Assembly (NCBI GenBank): GCA_965235115.1
Contig: OZ249437.1
Coordinates: 50,902,001-50,966,000 of the forward strand
DNA: 64,000 bases
Reading direction: 5' to 3'
DNA from: Laetmonice hystrix
Taxonomy: Eukaryota
The notes under the pieces were generated by a model. The model was given only the letters and a program-made list of their open reading frames with translations. It had not been told where the DNA came from and did no database searches. The position numbers and the translations under genes were made by a program. Shown piece by piece: positions 46,871-59,214 of the stretch (the stretch's first letter is position 1; every line of letters starts with the position of its first letter).

Positions 46871-49800
46871 TTAAGTATAAATGTGGTAATTTAAGCTCCT
46901 ATATTTTCTGAATTTTCCCCATATTCCTATATTTTGAAAACGCCAGCGTACTTGACACCCTTATATTAGTGCCCTGCCTTCAGTTTGCGTGCTGTGGAAA
47001 TCACCGACATTAATTCGTATTCACCAGAACTGTTAATCGTCGCATCTTACCACGAGGTTTTTTTCTCTCTTTTCAATGAAGGAAATGAACAGGAAATTGT
47101 GGCTACCTCGATAGAGAAAACTGAAATGTGGTCAGACAGGTCTCCGTAGTTTTCATCAGAGACCTCATAGAACGTGATCAAAATATAGTGAGAGTAGATG
47201 GGCAACTAGTGCTGGTACTAGAACTCTCATTTTTTAAAATTTGAAATGGAAAACCTCGCTATGGTAGTGTTTTTCGGTATGAAGTCTGGTTGGGTTAAGG
47301 TGGTATGTGGCTTCAAGCCATAAAACAATAGTTTGAGGGAGTCGAGTTGAGTCGGAGTAAAAGGCGACAGGTGCGAGCAGACAGAAATGATATAGGTACA
47401 GGTTGAACTTTAAGCTTCGGGGTATTGAAATAACCAGTTAGTTTCGTGCATTATCGTACAAAAGCATTGGTATCATTAAGTTTGAAATTATTGGCCTCGT
47501 TTCCTGACAAAAAAAGTTTCCTCTTTGCAAGACTTTGCGTAGGCTCGGTAGTTGGAGTTGCTACAGGGGCTGTATTCACATTTTGCTGGGTCATCCAAAT
47601 ACCTAAACAGATTTAGAATGCACTTCGTTGGCAAACTTAGATTGACCATTTACCCCAGCGATGGCCTGGGTCTCAGCTCAGTTATCTATGGGCTTCGCTA
47701 ACAGGATGTGCAAATTAAATCTCTAAAACCTTAATCAAACGGTGTCGTTAAGAGATGTGAGAGGGGTCTATAGGTCGTCGCATTTGTGTTTTAAGTAGGC
47801 CCAATTGGTTGTGTCGTCCAGTGGTCCACCTGCTCTAGACGTGAACTGCTCGTGTAGGATGGCACCTATACAACGGCTGTTCACTTGCAGACCAACTCGT
47901 AGAGCCTGCTTTAGATGAAGCAGTTAATCCCCCCCCCCTTGGTGTTAAAGTAATATCCTAATCCCGAATTTTCTCACACTGGTTCGGTCTTATCCTAACT
48001 GCACAGAAATATGTAATCTTACCAGATTTACCGCAAAAGCTATCTAGATGTTTTTCGTTGTAATATAAAACACAAGTTAGATTTACTTCTGTTGGGTGAT
48101 CGCTGTATAGCACTCGGAACACCGACGCTGCTTCTGATTTGCTGTTTCTAGGTCATATCCGGAGGCGAAGCAGGCCTCGGATGTATGAAGCGGCCATTTT
48201 CCCAGAATTTGTGCAAACCCCAGTGAAGCGGCATCGCGCATGAACACAGAGTAAATAGTCGACCCCTACGCACAGGCACATAGGCCTAGTTCAAATATAA
48301 TTTCTCAGCATAGGTATCCTTCTCGAATTTTCTATCGTGGAGACAAAACAGTCTCTTCTTCACCTGGGAGGAAACCCAGATATTCTGACTTTGTAAAGTC
48401 CGACACTAGGGAGTTCTACATTTTCGGCACGGCGGCAGCGCGCGAGTTTGTTGTTTACATCCGGGTCAGTGGTCCCGACCTAGCCACCCACCCACCCCAC
48501 CCCCCAGCATGGCGACCTTCGTCGTACAGCCGAGATATGACGCAGTCAATCGTGGGTGAGCCGAGTGCGCTGTTTAGATCGCTGGACGATGAGGACGCCA
48601 TCTTGTTTGATCGTCATCCAGAACTGCATAGAAAGTCACGTGAGGGAATTCCCTTCCAGTTCAAATCCAATGGCGGTGGAATCACGGCATGTTTTACTTT
48701 CTAATGATCGTGATTTTCGGTGGTACTGTAAGTAACACGTAGGTATTGTCCCTATTGGACATTGCAAATGTTTGTATACGTCTTTAGTAACATGCAGGAA
48801 GTAATATAAGAAAATCGCTCAAATTTTCCTTCATTATACGCTATTATATGGCTTTTAGTTTGATTTAGGACTAGAGGTGTTAAAGGATGATATCGTACAT
48901 AGGCAACTTTCTGTTAATGGGGACTTTCTACTCGGAATATGGAATGTCAGGTCCACTCAAGTGCTGTGATATTTAGTGCCCTTTAAGATTGTTGGTCTTT
49001 TCCAAAGGCAGAGTTATTGGTTCTTTGACTTCTGATTTTTCAAAATGATTCATCGTATTGTACGAGAAAACAAACTTTGAGCAACATGAGCATGGGAAGC
49101 TCATGTTTTTCTCTGTGCTCTAACTATCCAGGCAGACATCTTCGGTTGAACGGAGGTAAAACCCCCAAAAAAATAGAAACCAAAAAAAGAAAGATTAATT
49201 TGCAGATAGCATGCCTTGGGCTTGGCATTCATTCCGCATGTGTCTGTGCATGCAACATTGAAAGGGAAGAGTTTGGTCTCATCATAATTGTCTGTGGCCA
49301 TGTGCCAAGGGTTGGCTCTTTATGTCCCTCCTATAGTGCCGGTACAAAGAACAGACTACCACAGGCTTAAAGATGCCTTCCAGACAGGCAGAATAACCCA
49401 GACCCATTGGCTCCCAGGTGCTCCCCATTCTCTAGGATGTCATCTAGTTATTTCAGAACTTTCAGGAGTGAACGTCATGCCATCATTAGGGCAACAAAAT
49501 ATAGCCTCGGGGATTCTGTTTGTAGTCTCAGCTTCTACTCTTAGTTAAATGTGAGCTTCTGTGTATAGAGTTGCCTTTTAAAAGATTCATTTTATAAGTG
49601 CTGATTTAAAGAGGGAGGGGTTTGGGGCTATGGCTGGGAATCAGTGATGCTGGTAAAATGCCAGTTTGTGGAGATGGAGCCAATGAAGGAGCAGCTTACA
49701 GCGATTTGGTCAGAGGGACGGGTCACTATAGACTGAAGGTCCACGGCACGAACTCACTCATTTTAATTTCGTTATTATTGTATGCTGGTCGGTCCAGACT

Positions 49801-50070
49801 AGCCGTGACCTGGGCGCCGGGGTGAGACAGTTCCCCTCTCAAGACTCTTGATCACGTGAAGGTGGTGTGACCGCGGCTGGAAGTGGTTGTTTTCCAGGGA
49901 TGTAAATTTCAAAGTAGATTTAAAAATAGAAGAAAAAATATCCACATGCCATGCAACATCAGAACGTCTGCCATCATCAGTATCGATGATAAATATATGG
50001 TGATAATTTTAGCAATATCGGCCTACGTTTTGCAAATTTGTTTTGTCGGTTACGTGAGCAAAGGAATTAA

Positions 50071-50398
50071 AAGCAGGGTAAACACCCACGGCAAATAAGG
50101 TTTCATAGACCAAATGAAACACCAGCATTTAACTCAGGGCAATAAATGCCACAATTACGTTGTCAGAATGAAGTAATTAACGTGTAACCGCCCGATGTAT
50201 GACGCCGCTGGTTCTGACCTTGACCTTCTTGGTCAAGTGTTGAACACACAAGCAGAACCAGTTGCGTCACACATCGGGCAGTTACATGTTAATTACTTAA
50301 TTCAGACAATGTAATTGTGTCATTTATTGCCCTGAGGTAAATGCTGGTGTTTCATTTGGTCTACGCAACCTTATTTGCCGTGGGTGTTTACCCTGCCT
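50071..50398. mobile_element. TTAA-flanked foldback MITE, inside duplication copy 2
   Basis: TTAA at 50067-50070 and 50399-50402; counterpart of 42735-43113. Confidence 0.83.
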
Positions 50399-51188
50399 TT
50401 AATGAATTGACTAGTAAAATTTCAACTGAGACGATGTCTTTGCTTTACCGGAAATGCCACTTTAGTTCCGGTTAAGAAACATCAGTACCGGTAATGTTAC
50501 TTCATGAATGCGAGTAAAGATCAGCACTGGAGAAGATATGTGTGTTTCAAGGAAAGAGCGTTAACATTTCATCAGCTGTAATGAGCACAGTCGTTTTTGT
50601 ATACTAATAGCCTGACGTAGTTAGAGGAGAATTAGATATAAGCTGACGCTGTCTGAACACTGTTAATGTACACTGGTGGAAGAGGAGGGGGCGTAACGCA
50701 TAAGGGCTGACTACAGGGGACTACAGACTGTATCAATACCATATTATACATATAAGGCGTGAAAAGCGCAGTTTTTCTCCAGTAAATCAGCAGAGTGTCG
50801 CTTATAAATAGATATATGCGCCTGGAGACCAGGCTGCGCTCTAACTATAAGTAGTTGAAGGTCATTCCTGCCACGAGTCCCGACTGCATTCAATGACCCC
50901 AAGAAAATTTATGATGTGTTTTGTCATAAGGTGTCTTTTATGGTTGCAAATAGACTTTTTATTATTCTGGTGTGATTATGTCATGAAATCTACAGGATCC
51001 TTTAAGAAAAGGTCCACTTCAGTATTTATGTTTCCTATGTAAATTGTTGTAAGCTATGTCAAATGGCTTATGCAGGGAAATCTGATATAGGCACGAGGCG
51101 GTGGGGAGTGTTGGAGAAAGGCTGGGTGTGGTTAGAAACAGGTCGTTTGCCTGAACACGTATCTGAAGATGTTCTCTGTCCGTTTCAG

Positions 51189-51300
51189 CTATAAGGATGA
51201 GATAACTCGACTCCGTGAGATGTTGGGAGTGCGGGATACAGGCGGGGGGTTCATCAGTCCAGGGCCACGCCTCAACTGGACCAAGGACAGGGCAAAGTGA
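51189..51300 (+). CDS. Second, identical copy of the terminal coding exon of the kinesin-CCDC78 gene
   Basis: ccgtttcag|C TAT AAG GAT GAG ... GCA AAG TGA = (S)YKDEITRLREMLGVRDTGGGFISPGPRLNWTKDRAK*. Nucleotide-identical to 43904-44015 with the same acceptor. Confidence 0.75.
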
Positions 51301-51446
51301 CACTGGTGCTTGTATCTCTTAAAAATCAACTGGGACGAAAAGAACAGTCGTAGTAGAAGAGTAAAAATTAAATGTGTGTAGTGACACAGCTACATAAAGT
51401 TACATGTTGAGATAGGAGTCAAAAACACATTGAAGAGTAGAATACA

Positions 51447-51489
<43 letters not shown>

Positions 51490-53829
51490 GATATGACCAT
51501 TTTATTCCAGGCGTGCCACAGCTGAGTATTATTAAAGAGGTAATAATGCTGTATTTATTTCGGGATACTTGTTCTTGCTAATCTTGTTTAATGAAGTTGT
51601 TTTTGTTTGTGAACAGTTATCGGATAGTTTGCATGAGTTGGAATCCGTGAACATTTATGGTTTTGATATAATATGCTGCTAGAAAATACTATATATCTGA
51701 TAAATCAAAATACAAATCTAGTATTAAATTACTTTATTAAGGGCCCAAGTCGTTTCTGTCTATTACTTGGATAATTTATCATACCATTTTAGGTATTGTC
51801 TTCCTGTGCTGAGACTTTTTCTCTGTTCACAATAATGAAAAGAAAACGACAGGATTATGTGTATGAGCTTCCCGACCGATTACCAGTTAATATGAAATCA
51901 ATGTCATATTGTGTCGGAGAATCTGTGATGATCAAGTTGTTTGGGCCAGCGGATGTAATTCATTAAGCCAGTATCCACCTATTGTGGTTGCAATCAATGC
52001 CAGCGATTGCAAGGCTGGCAAGGTACGTATTATTCTTTAGTCTGTGATACTATATATACATTACGCCAGGCGTAATGTATTAGTGCCTGCTCCTTTTATC
52101 TCTGTGTACGCATAATGAACTCGACAAAAAGAATATTGACTAGAAGTCCAGTTAAATTATTGTAGCAAAATTCGGTGAATAGGTCTATAGATATTGCTGT
52201 GAAGTATAATTGGTCTCAAGTCTTTTATTACTCTGGCTGCATTTCACACGGTGGCTGCTATCGATTGACATTAGTGTTACAGATTGAAGTGGTTTACATT
52301 TGTCAGGACGGTTACTGACACTACAAAATGGTTAAACTTAAAAAAATATTTACTTCAGATGAGTGATACTGTTCAAAACTGGTTCTTTTCTTAAGTTATA
52401 CACTTACATTTGAAAATCGATATCTGTAAAGCTACTCGCAGCGACATTTGAATGGTGTGTTAAATATAGTAGGTAATGTGTTTTGACAGTCTAGATCAAA
52501 TTAACCGTTTTCTGTCCAAATGATGAAGGTGTTCCCGACCTAGGTCAGTTTACCCCGCGAGACGGATCTAAATAGCATATTCCTATCACTGTTCTGTCCT
52601 TGTGTGCACGACTGCTTTGAGAATTTGAGAAGATGACGCGTAGAGCCATCCTTCATAGGATCGTTGGTGAGGTTAACTCGCCCACTTTCGCCGGTTCATA
52701 ATGTGCATACTGGCCGAAGGAATGAAAGGAAACATTTTATTGAATAATATTGTAGAAAAGGAAAATATTCTGTCTGCTGCGCCACTTTGTATTAGATAAA
52801 AAATCGTGACGTCACCATGGGGGGAAAAAGGCGGTGCGCCTTTCAAATAAAGACAGTCCCAGCTAGAAGTACCGCCTCTTTGTCGCTTTTGGATGTTTGA
52901 AAAGTAAAATGTAGGGCTGGTTGAATTGCAGAATCATAGCGTAACTTGTGCCCTCCCGGTGCCATTTCTATGATTGCCCTCGCCAGTGCTCCGAGACTGG
53001 GACGTTAAAAGCTTTGGTATGTTCAGCTGTGTCTGTGCGGCTGCACATAAAAAGCCCCCTTTACTTTTTTCTTTGGCAGGTGGCTGATTTCGTTCTCACT
53101 TCATCCTTACCCGCTACTTGGGGGGGGGGGGGGGGGGGGGGGGGGCAGCGGGGAGCAATAGCTCCGACCTAGATGAACAAGTTATAAAATGTATTGTAGC
53201 CCGGACTAAATATGGCTGAAATGTTGCGGCAAGGTTGGAAACCTCCACCAGTTCCCCCCTTTCGCCAAGTTTAATACGGGATTCACTGTGCGTCCTTGCT
53301 ACAGTTACAGGGAATTCTGCGTTCTCTGGTTCACAGGACACCATAGCAATCAGACTAAACTTCTGCTGGCGGTTAGGTAGATTTAAGAGTATGTTAAATC
53401 GTGATTGGAGAAGGATTAGGCTTTTGGTCCGGTGACGGACTGTCAACGAACTGAGTTGTCGGAACCGTCGGCTTGATCCCCTGACCGGGGTAATATTGGG
53501 TGTTGATGATATTTCTTTAGATAAAGTCTAAGGCTGGGTTTAGTGTGCTTAACCTTCAACTTCTGATTACTGGATTATTTCATCTTTATTACACTGATCA
53601 TCATCGGGCATTGCGGACTTATAATCCTCCTTTAGTTATGACAATGTTGTGGTACTCTCTGTTTCTTTAATACAAATGATGCGTGTTCCAAGAAGGACCC
53701 CCCCCCCCCCCCCCCAACAAAAATAAAATAAATTCGCACCTCAAATACACACGCACACGTCCACGTTCTTGACTGCTAGTCGATTGCATACATTAACACT
53801 TTTGCAGTTGTTATAGATTGCTCAGTTAA

Positions 53830-54169
53830 AGGTGCTATTCGTCTCGCACAGAATGGCATTTCTCCTATCATACATTGTGCACATAGTACTAGAAAAAATT
53901 CCTACCGATACCATTGGCCTGATGAACCTTCTATTAGTCTGTGTGCAGCATTTGAAACCTATCTCGGTGCGCACCGAGATAGAGCCATTTCCAATGGTGG
54001 GGCGTGTCAGGGTCTCCACGGGCCTTCTGAGAGAGCCCCATTTGTGCCGTTATGCATGAAAACTTTTGATTTCCTTTGTTGTGAATCTATTTCCATGATA
54101 GGTGGGATCACATAAACGTCAACAAAATTAAAAATAAAAAAATTGAATTTTTTTTCACGAATAGCACCT
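53830..54169. mobile_element. TTAA-flanked MITE forming the right end of duplication copy 2
   Basis: TTAA 53826-53829, perfect 13-bp TIR AGGTGCTATTCGT / ACGAATAGCACCT, TTAA 54170-54173. Confidence 0.87.
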
Positions 54170-55483
54170 TTAAAGGGAAAGTAATGCATCGCATTTTCCA
54201 GAGATAACCTGTCCTGTCTGCACAGAAATATATCGTATTATACAACGATCAATCTCATTGTGTGTCGATTTACTCGTAACAATAGCGAAACTGGACGAGC
54301 AAACGTGCCATTCTGTACTGGTCCGACTGCACTGGTCCGACTAAACACCAAACCCGACCGAAACTGCAGAACCGACCGAAGCTGACAACCTCGTTGGTTT
54401 CGATATGCCACGGTCGGTTTCAGTCGTTTTCGGTAAATTCGCTCGGTTTCAGTGTTTAGTCGCACCCACGAGCACACCCACCCACACAGAAATGAACCAT
54501 AACCCTGATGTACCGAAACCGAGTTTCATGTAGGCCTATACGACAGGTCACATGGCGATATTCTAGCAAACATGATTAGCGTCTGGTCTGAGATGAATTT
54601 GCAAACAATGCGTCATGTAGGTTAACTATATTGGAAATAGTTGCATTTTTTCTAACAAGATGCAATTGGATCCCATTAAGGCGGGACTCTGACCGACAAA
54701 ACTGAGGCCATTGCCGGTTGTGGGCAGAGTACCGGAATATATCTGTCTCCAGCGCATACACCACTCCAGGAGGCAATCCTTCACCGGTACTGGCGGTAGA
54801 TATTTCAGGATTAATGGTCTCATTTGTTGTATATATCCGACCATGGACATACGTGTGTATTTACACGATCATCGTGGTATTACATTAGTTTGTAATCCAA
54901 GAGTCTTACAGTAGACTCAAGCAAATGAAGCAATCTAATATGGTATTTTACCATAGTCAATTGGTATGGGGAATATCACCGTCATTACAGGTGAAATGGG
55001 TGAGCAGGAAAAATTGAGGCTGAAGATGCTTACCTTTTTAACGCCAAAGGAGAATATCAAGACAAAGGAGTATAAATTTGCGCATGAGTATAAAAATCAC
55101 TGCATCAATAGCGACGACACCAGTCTTTGACAACCATCGCTAAAAAAAACCTCGGACACCATTGAAATGCTCACGTACATCACTGTAAGCATTTTAATTG
55201 TCGTCGTAAAAACTGCGGAGTCGTGATTGGACACCGATAAAAACTTGATTATTGGGGAAGTGGCTGTCGTTCACAAATCACTGGCGGGAAGGAATGCGAT
55301 TTTCTTGAGGACTACAAGGTCTTGAATCTGTTTTACTCGTCACCACAAATCACCAACGTGAAAGAATGCAGCATTCTTCAGGACAAAATGGTCATGAATA
55401 AGGGACTTCGGACGCAGTATGGCAGAATGGAAGGCATAGGAGTAGGAGACATTACATAGCAGAATGGCAGGCATAAAAGTACT

Positions 55484-55843
55484 ATGGGACATAATAGGGC
55501 AGACTGGCAGGGAGAAAGGTATGGGACATAATAGGGCAGACTGGCAGGGAGAAAGGTATGGGACATAATAGGGCAGACTGGCAGGGAGAAAGGTATGGGA
55601 CATAATAGGGCAGACTGGCAGGGAGAAAGGTATGGGACATAATAGGGCAGACTGGCAGGGAGAAAGGTATGGGACATAATAGGGCAGACTGGCAGGGAGA
55701 AAGGTATGGGACATAATAGGGCAGACTGGCAGGGAGAAAGGTATGGGACATAATAGGGCAGACTGGCAGGGAGAAAGGTATGGGACATAATAGGGCAGAC
55801 TGGCAGGGAGAAAGGTATGGGACATAATAGGGCTGACTGGCAG
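55484..55843. repeat. 37-bp minisatellite, ~10 nearly identical copies
   Basis: Unit atgggacataatagggcagactggcagggagaaaggt; unit starts at 55484, 55521 ... 55817. Confidence 0.96.
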
Positions 55844-56231
55844 AATCCAGTCCCCCTGAAATGTATGTCAGGAGGACCCGTATCCCAGGAGATGGGGGGG
55901 GGGTTCTTTTCTATGATACGCATATAAAGTATTTGGTCCAATTGTGTCGGGGGGTTTGACTCGATACTCGGTAGGTTGATTAGGTTACAGGTAATCGATC
56001 ACCCTATACGGCCGCAGATTTTGGGGAAGTGCTGTCCCTATCTCCGACGAATCGGCGTATTTCAAGCTTACCTGATCTTGAATCTATCCCACTGGACTGA
56101 TAAAACATTCTTTCGTATCCATAACATTGTTGTGCTAGGTCTATTGTTGATTATGAGCCATAATGAGGTGATACGTCCCATATTTTTCATCTCAATGGAC
56201 TGAGAACCGCCATGGCCGCGTTAGCATTGTT

Positions 56232-56482
56232 AGGGGGGCTCGGGTGGCCGAGTGGTCAAACGTGCTGGCTCATGACACCTAGGACCATCGCCTCACACCG
56301 CTGCCGTCCGGGTTCGATCCCCGGCCAGGGCTGCATGTGTGAAAGGTTTGTCAGTCAGTTCCTTCCCGAAGGTCGGTGGTTTCCTCCGGGCACTCCGGTT
56401 TCCTCCACCAAGAAAAACTGACTTTCATCATCATCTTCACCGCCGTGATATGACCCTGGTGCAAGGCGTAAAACCCCAAATA
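56232..56482 (+). mobile_element. tRNA-derived SINE with V-domain-like core
   Basis: Pol III A box GGTGGCCGAGTGGTC (56242-56256), B box GGGTTCGATCCCC (56310-56322), core GGTTTCCTCCGGGCACTCCGGTTTCCTCC (56378-56406), tail CGCCGTGATATGACC...GGCGTAAAACCCCAAA. Confidence 0.85.
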
Positions 56483-58954
56483 TCCACCCACCCAGCATTG
56501 TGAGGGCGGTCGTTACAATAGCAACGAGATTGGGCGCATGCGTTGCCTCGCACTGCTCCGCCCGCGCTCCCCCCATAATCCAAATAAGGGCATGATTTGA
56601 TTCGCGTGCTCTCGTCTCTAGCTAAATAGGTAAACGCTTAATTAATTAAATAAAAATTTTGCCGATATGTACGCGCCATGGTACCACTCCATGACTCAGG
56701 TTCAATCCTTTATATAGGAACCCAATCCAAGCTGAGTATCGATAACTCATTATTATAACGAACATAATCCAAGCTGAGTAGATAATCTCTTGTTCACGAA
56801 CATAATCCAATTAAGTTGAGTAGATAATTCCTTAAATTAAATTTTATGGTAGCCGATGCAGCGATCACACACTCGTCATTAAACCGGTTAAAACATACTC
56901 CACGTGCACTCCATGAATGCTGTCTATTTCCACAATAACTTCTGAACTCGTATAATACTCCAAACGTCCCAATACTCCGTGTACTCCGTGAATTCCCGTA
57001 CAGGTTCCCAATGGGAACGCCACTGTTAACTCCCCTCACTCATCTCTCTCCCCCCTTTCTCTCTCCGGGTGCTGTCACACCCCCGACTATTTATACTCGT
57101 CTGAGAAAAAACTCTCTCCTCTTACGTGCCTCTTTCTTATTGATTTACCGGTATACCCATTTCTGGAAGTCCCGTGCTCCTATCGTTTCTTCCCTAGAAA
57201 TAGATACATGTTTTGTACTACGAGAAATCGGTCACCTGACTTACTTCCAGTTAAAAGGGTTTCCGTTGGTTCATCTATACTCCGAGAAATGTATATCTAA
57301 ATCCTACAAAGTATTTGAACTTACTGCCCTCGTGAGTAATACCCATATATGTCTATCCCTGTTTCTGATTAAATTGGTAGTACATGCATGGAAGTGTGAG
57401 CCAACACACAATTATGGCCCCAAACCTGAGAAAATGTGCAATCTTATATCTGCTTATTCGGTCCGAATAGAAAGAAATGTTTACAAAGTCAGGTAGTGCG
57501 GTGGATATATGCTCCCTATGTTAGCTTTGTTTCCATTCTGAACTCTTAACTCCCATTTAAACGAACTGTGCAATCTATACACCTCAACAAAAGTACGTTC
57601 CCCCTAAATAATTGGTCATATTTTCCAAAGTATCCGCCACAATGCGATGTTAATTGCAGGATATGATATGACCTCTATGGTCATAGGTACAATGGGATCC
57701 AACATCACTTCCCACGCATGGCTGGGAGACATAGATACTGTTGTCCCAACCATTTCTCCGCATGCTATAGGCCTACTTGGGGATAGATTTATCTATGGCG
57801 ACTCCTCAGAATCGAAGGGCCCACTTGTAAGCAGATTGACGGTATTTTGGTATTATACCTACATCTGACATTGCATTGTTAGTTGGGATCTGGTGCACCT
57901 GTTGACTCATTGTCAGCTTGGGGATGGCCACAAGCGCCTTTATTATTGTGGAAAGACTTCGATGATCCTCTCTGAAAGGATCAGGACGGGAAAAGGCGTG
58001 CTGGTGTTACATTAACTAATGATAATCGGCACCGTAATTCGTGATTTGAATCCATCTGGACAGTCATATAATCTACTTGCCGATATCTACTTGTGCCTGA
58101 TATCAGATGAGCCTCAGACGTTAGACGTTGTAGTTCTAAATGCCACATAAGTCGAGGAATTCTGTGATTTTTATTCATGTTGATAACATTATGTTATCTG
58201 CGTAGCAACAGCCAGGCAGTGCAATATAGGCTTCATTCCCGCTTCCCCATGTATACAAATACCTTAACGATAAAACCATAATGGAGGTTCTGTAGAATAT
58301 AACAGTTCCATCTGTTATCGTCAACCCGCCTCAGGTCTTATACTTCCGGTTATCCAGATGTCGTGCATGAACACGACATCGTCACTTTAATTCTGCTTCC
58401 ATGCAGACACGGACACATCGCCCACACACTTTCGTTCACTATGACTGAACGACGAAATGTGCACCCAAAAGATAAAGTTATCATTAATCTCTCGTTTAAA
58501 AGTTCTCTCTCAGAAGTTTGCCTGAGCAATTAATAGTTGGCAGTATACTGAGTCCTGTCAAACAAAGCTTCAGTGAGCAATAGGCACAAGCTAGGCAATG
58601 TTGCATGAATAACTGTAGTACTTTTAAATTATTGAATTATTGCTTCTTTTAGAGATATAAAAATGGCGAATACATTTGGACATAGGACTAACTTTCTAAA
58701 AAGGTTATATAATGTCGCTGTCTATGAATTGTAACAACCCACTTTGAAAAATGTTTTCAAAATGTTGGACCATGTCAACGCACTTTGAATATTTTTTTGA
58801 AAGTGTGTTAAGATTTGGGTCCACCTCAACGCACTTTTGTGGAAAATTTGTGTTTTTATTGAGTTTATCGCATTACAACGTGACATTAAGTGTTCAGATA
58901 TTTCCTCTCTCTGTGTTTTCGCCCCCCCCCCATTGTGCCCCGCATCAACTTGAC

Positions 58955-59214
58955 CGGTGTGACAGTAATGTAGGTCCCTCTGAAATGCAGGTCTGACGGA
59001 CCTGCATTCCTAGGAATTGAAGTCCGTAAGGTTGTATTATTTAAATATTTCTTTATAATCCTATCCCTAATCCTAACCTTAACCCTAATTCATTTGAATT
59101 TTCTTAATTATATTGTCTTATACCAAGAAGTTTATGACCTAGGACCTGCATAACCAAGGAATCCAGGTCCGGCGGACCGCCATACCGGCGGACTTATACA
59201 TTCCGTTTACACTG
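58955..59214. mobile_element. ~260-bp TIR element with telomere-like tract, copy 2
   Basis: Direct homolog of 23260-23522: gtgtgacagtaatgtaggtccc...cctatccctaatcctaaccttaaccctaat...cattccgtttacac. Confidence 0.75.

Larger units (their letters stand above)
39466..46874 (+). repeat. Tandem segmental duplication, copy 1 (7409 bp), containing the terminal exon of the kinesin-CCDC78 gene
   Basis: Starts after CTTTAA at 39460-39465 (gtataaatgtggtaatttaagctcc) and is colinear with 46875-54173 throughout. Roughly 1-2% substitutions by eye plus a few indels. Confidence 0.97.
46875..54173 (+). repeat. Tandem segmental duplication, copy 2 (7299 bp)
   Basis: Direct repeat of 39466-46874. Lacks ~70 bp present at ~42300-42380, has a shorter foldback loop and a longer (ATTG)n, and ends at TTAA 54170-54173. 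Confidence 0.97.

Noticed and set aside
55340-55941. Long ORFs with repeated MSHTFLPASLPYYVPYLSPCQSALLCPIPFSLPVCPI
   Set aside because: These are translations of a 37-bp minisatellite cycling through three frames, with no splice or homology support.
56232-56330. tRNA gene
   Set aside because: A and B boxes are present but no full cloverleaf, and the sequence continues into a SINE core and tail.
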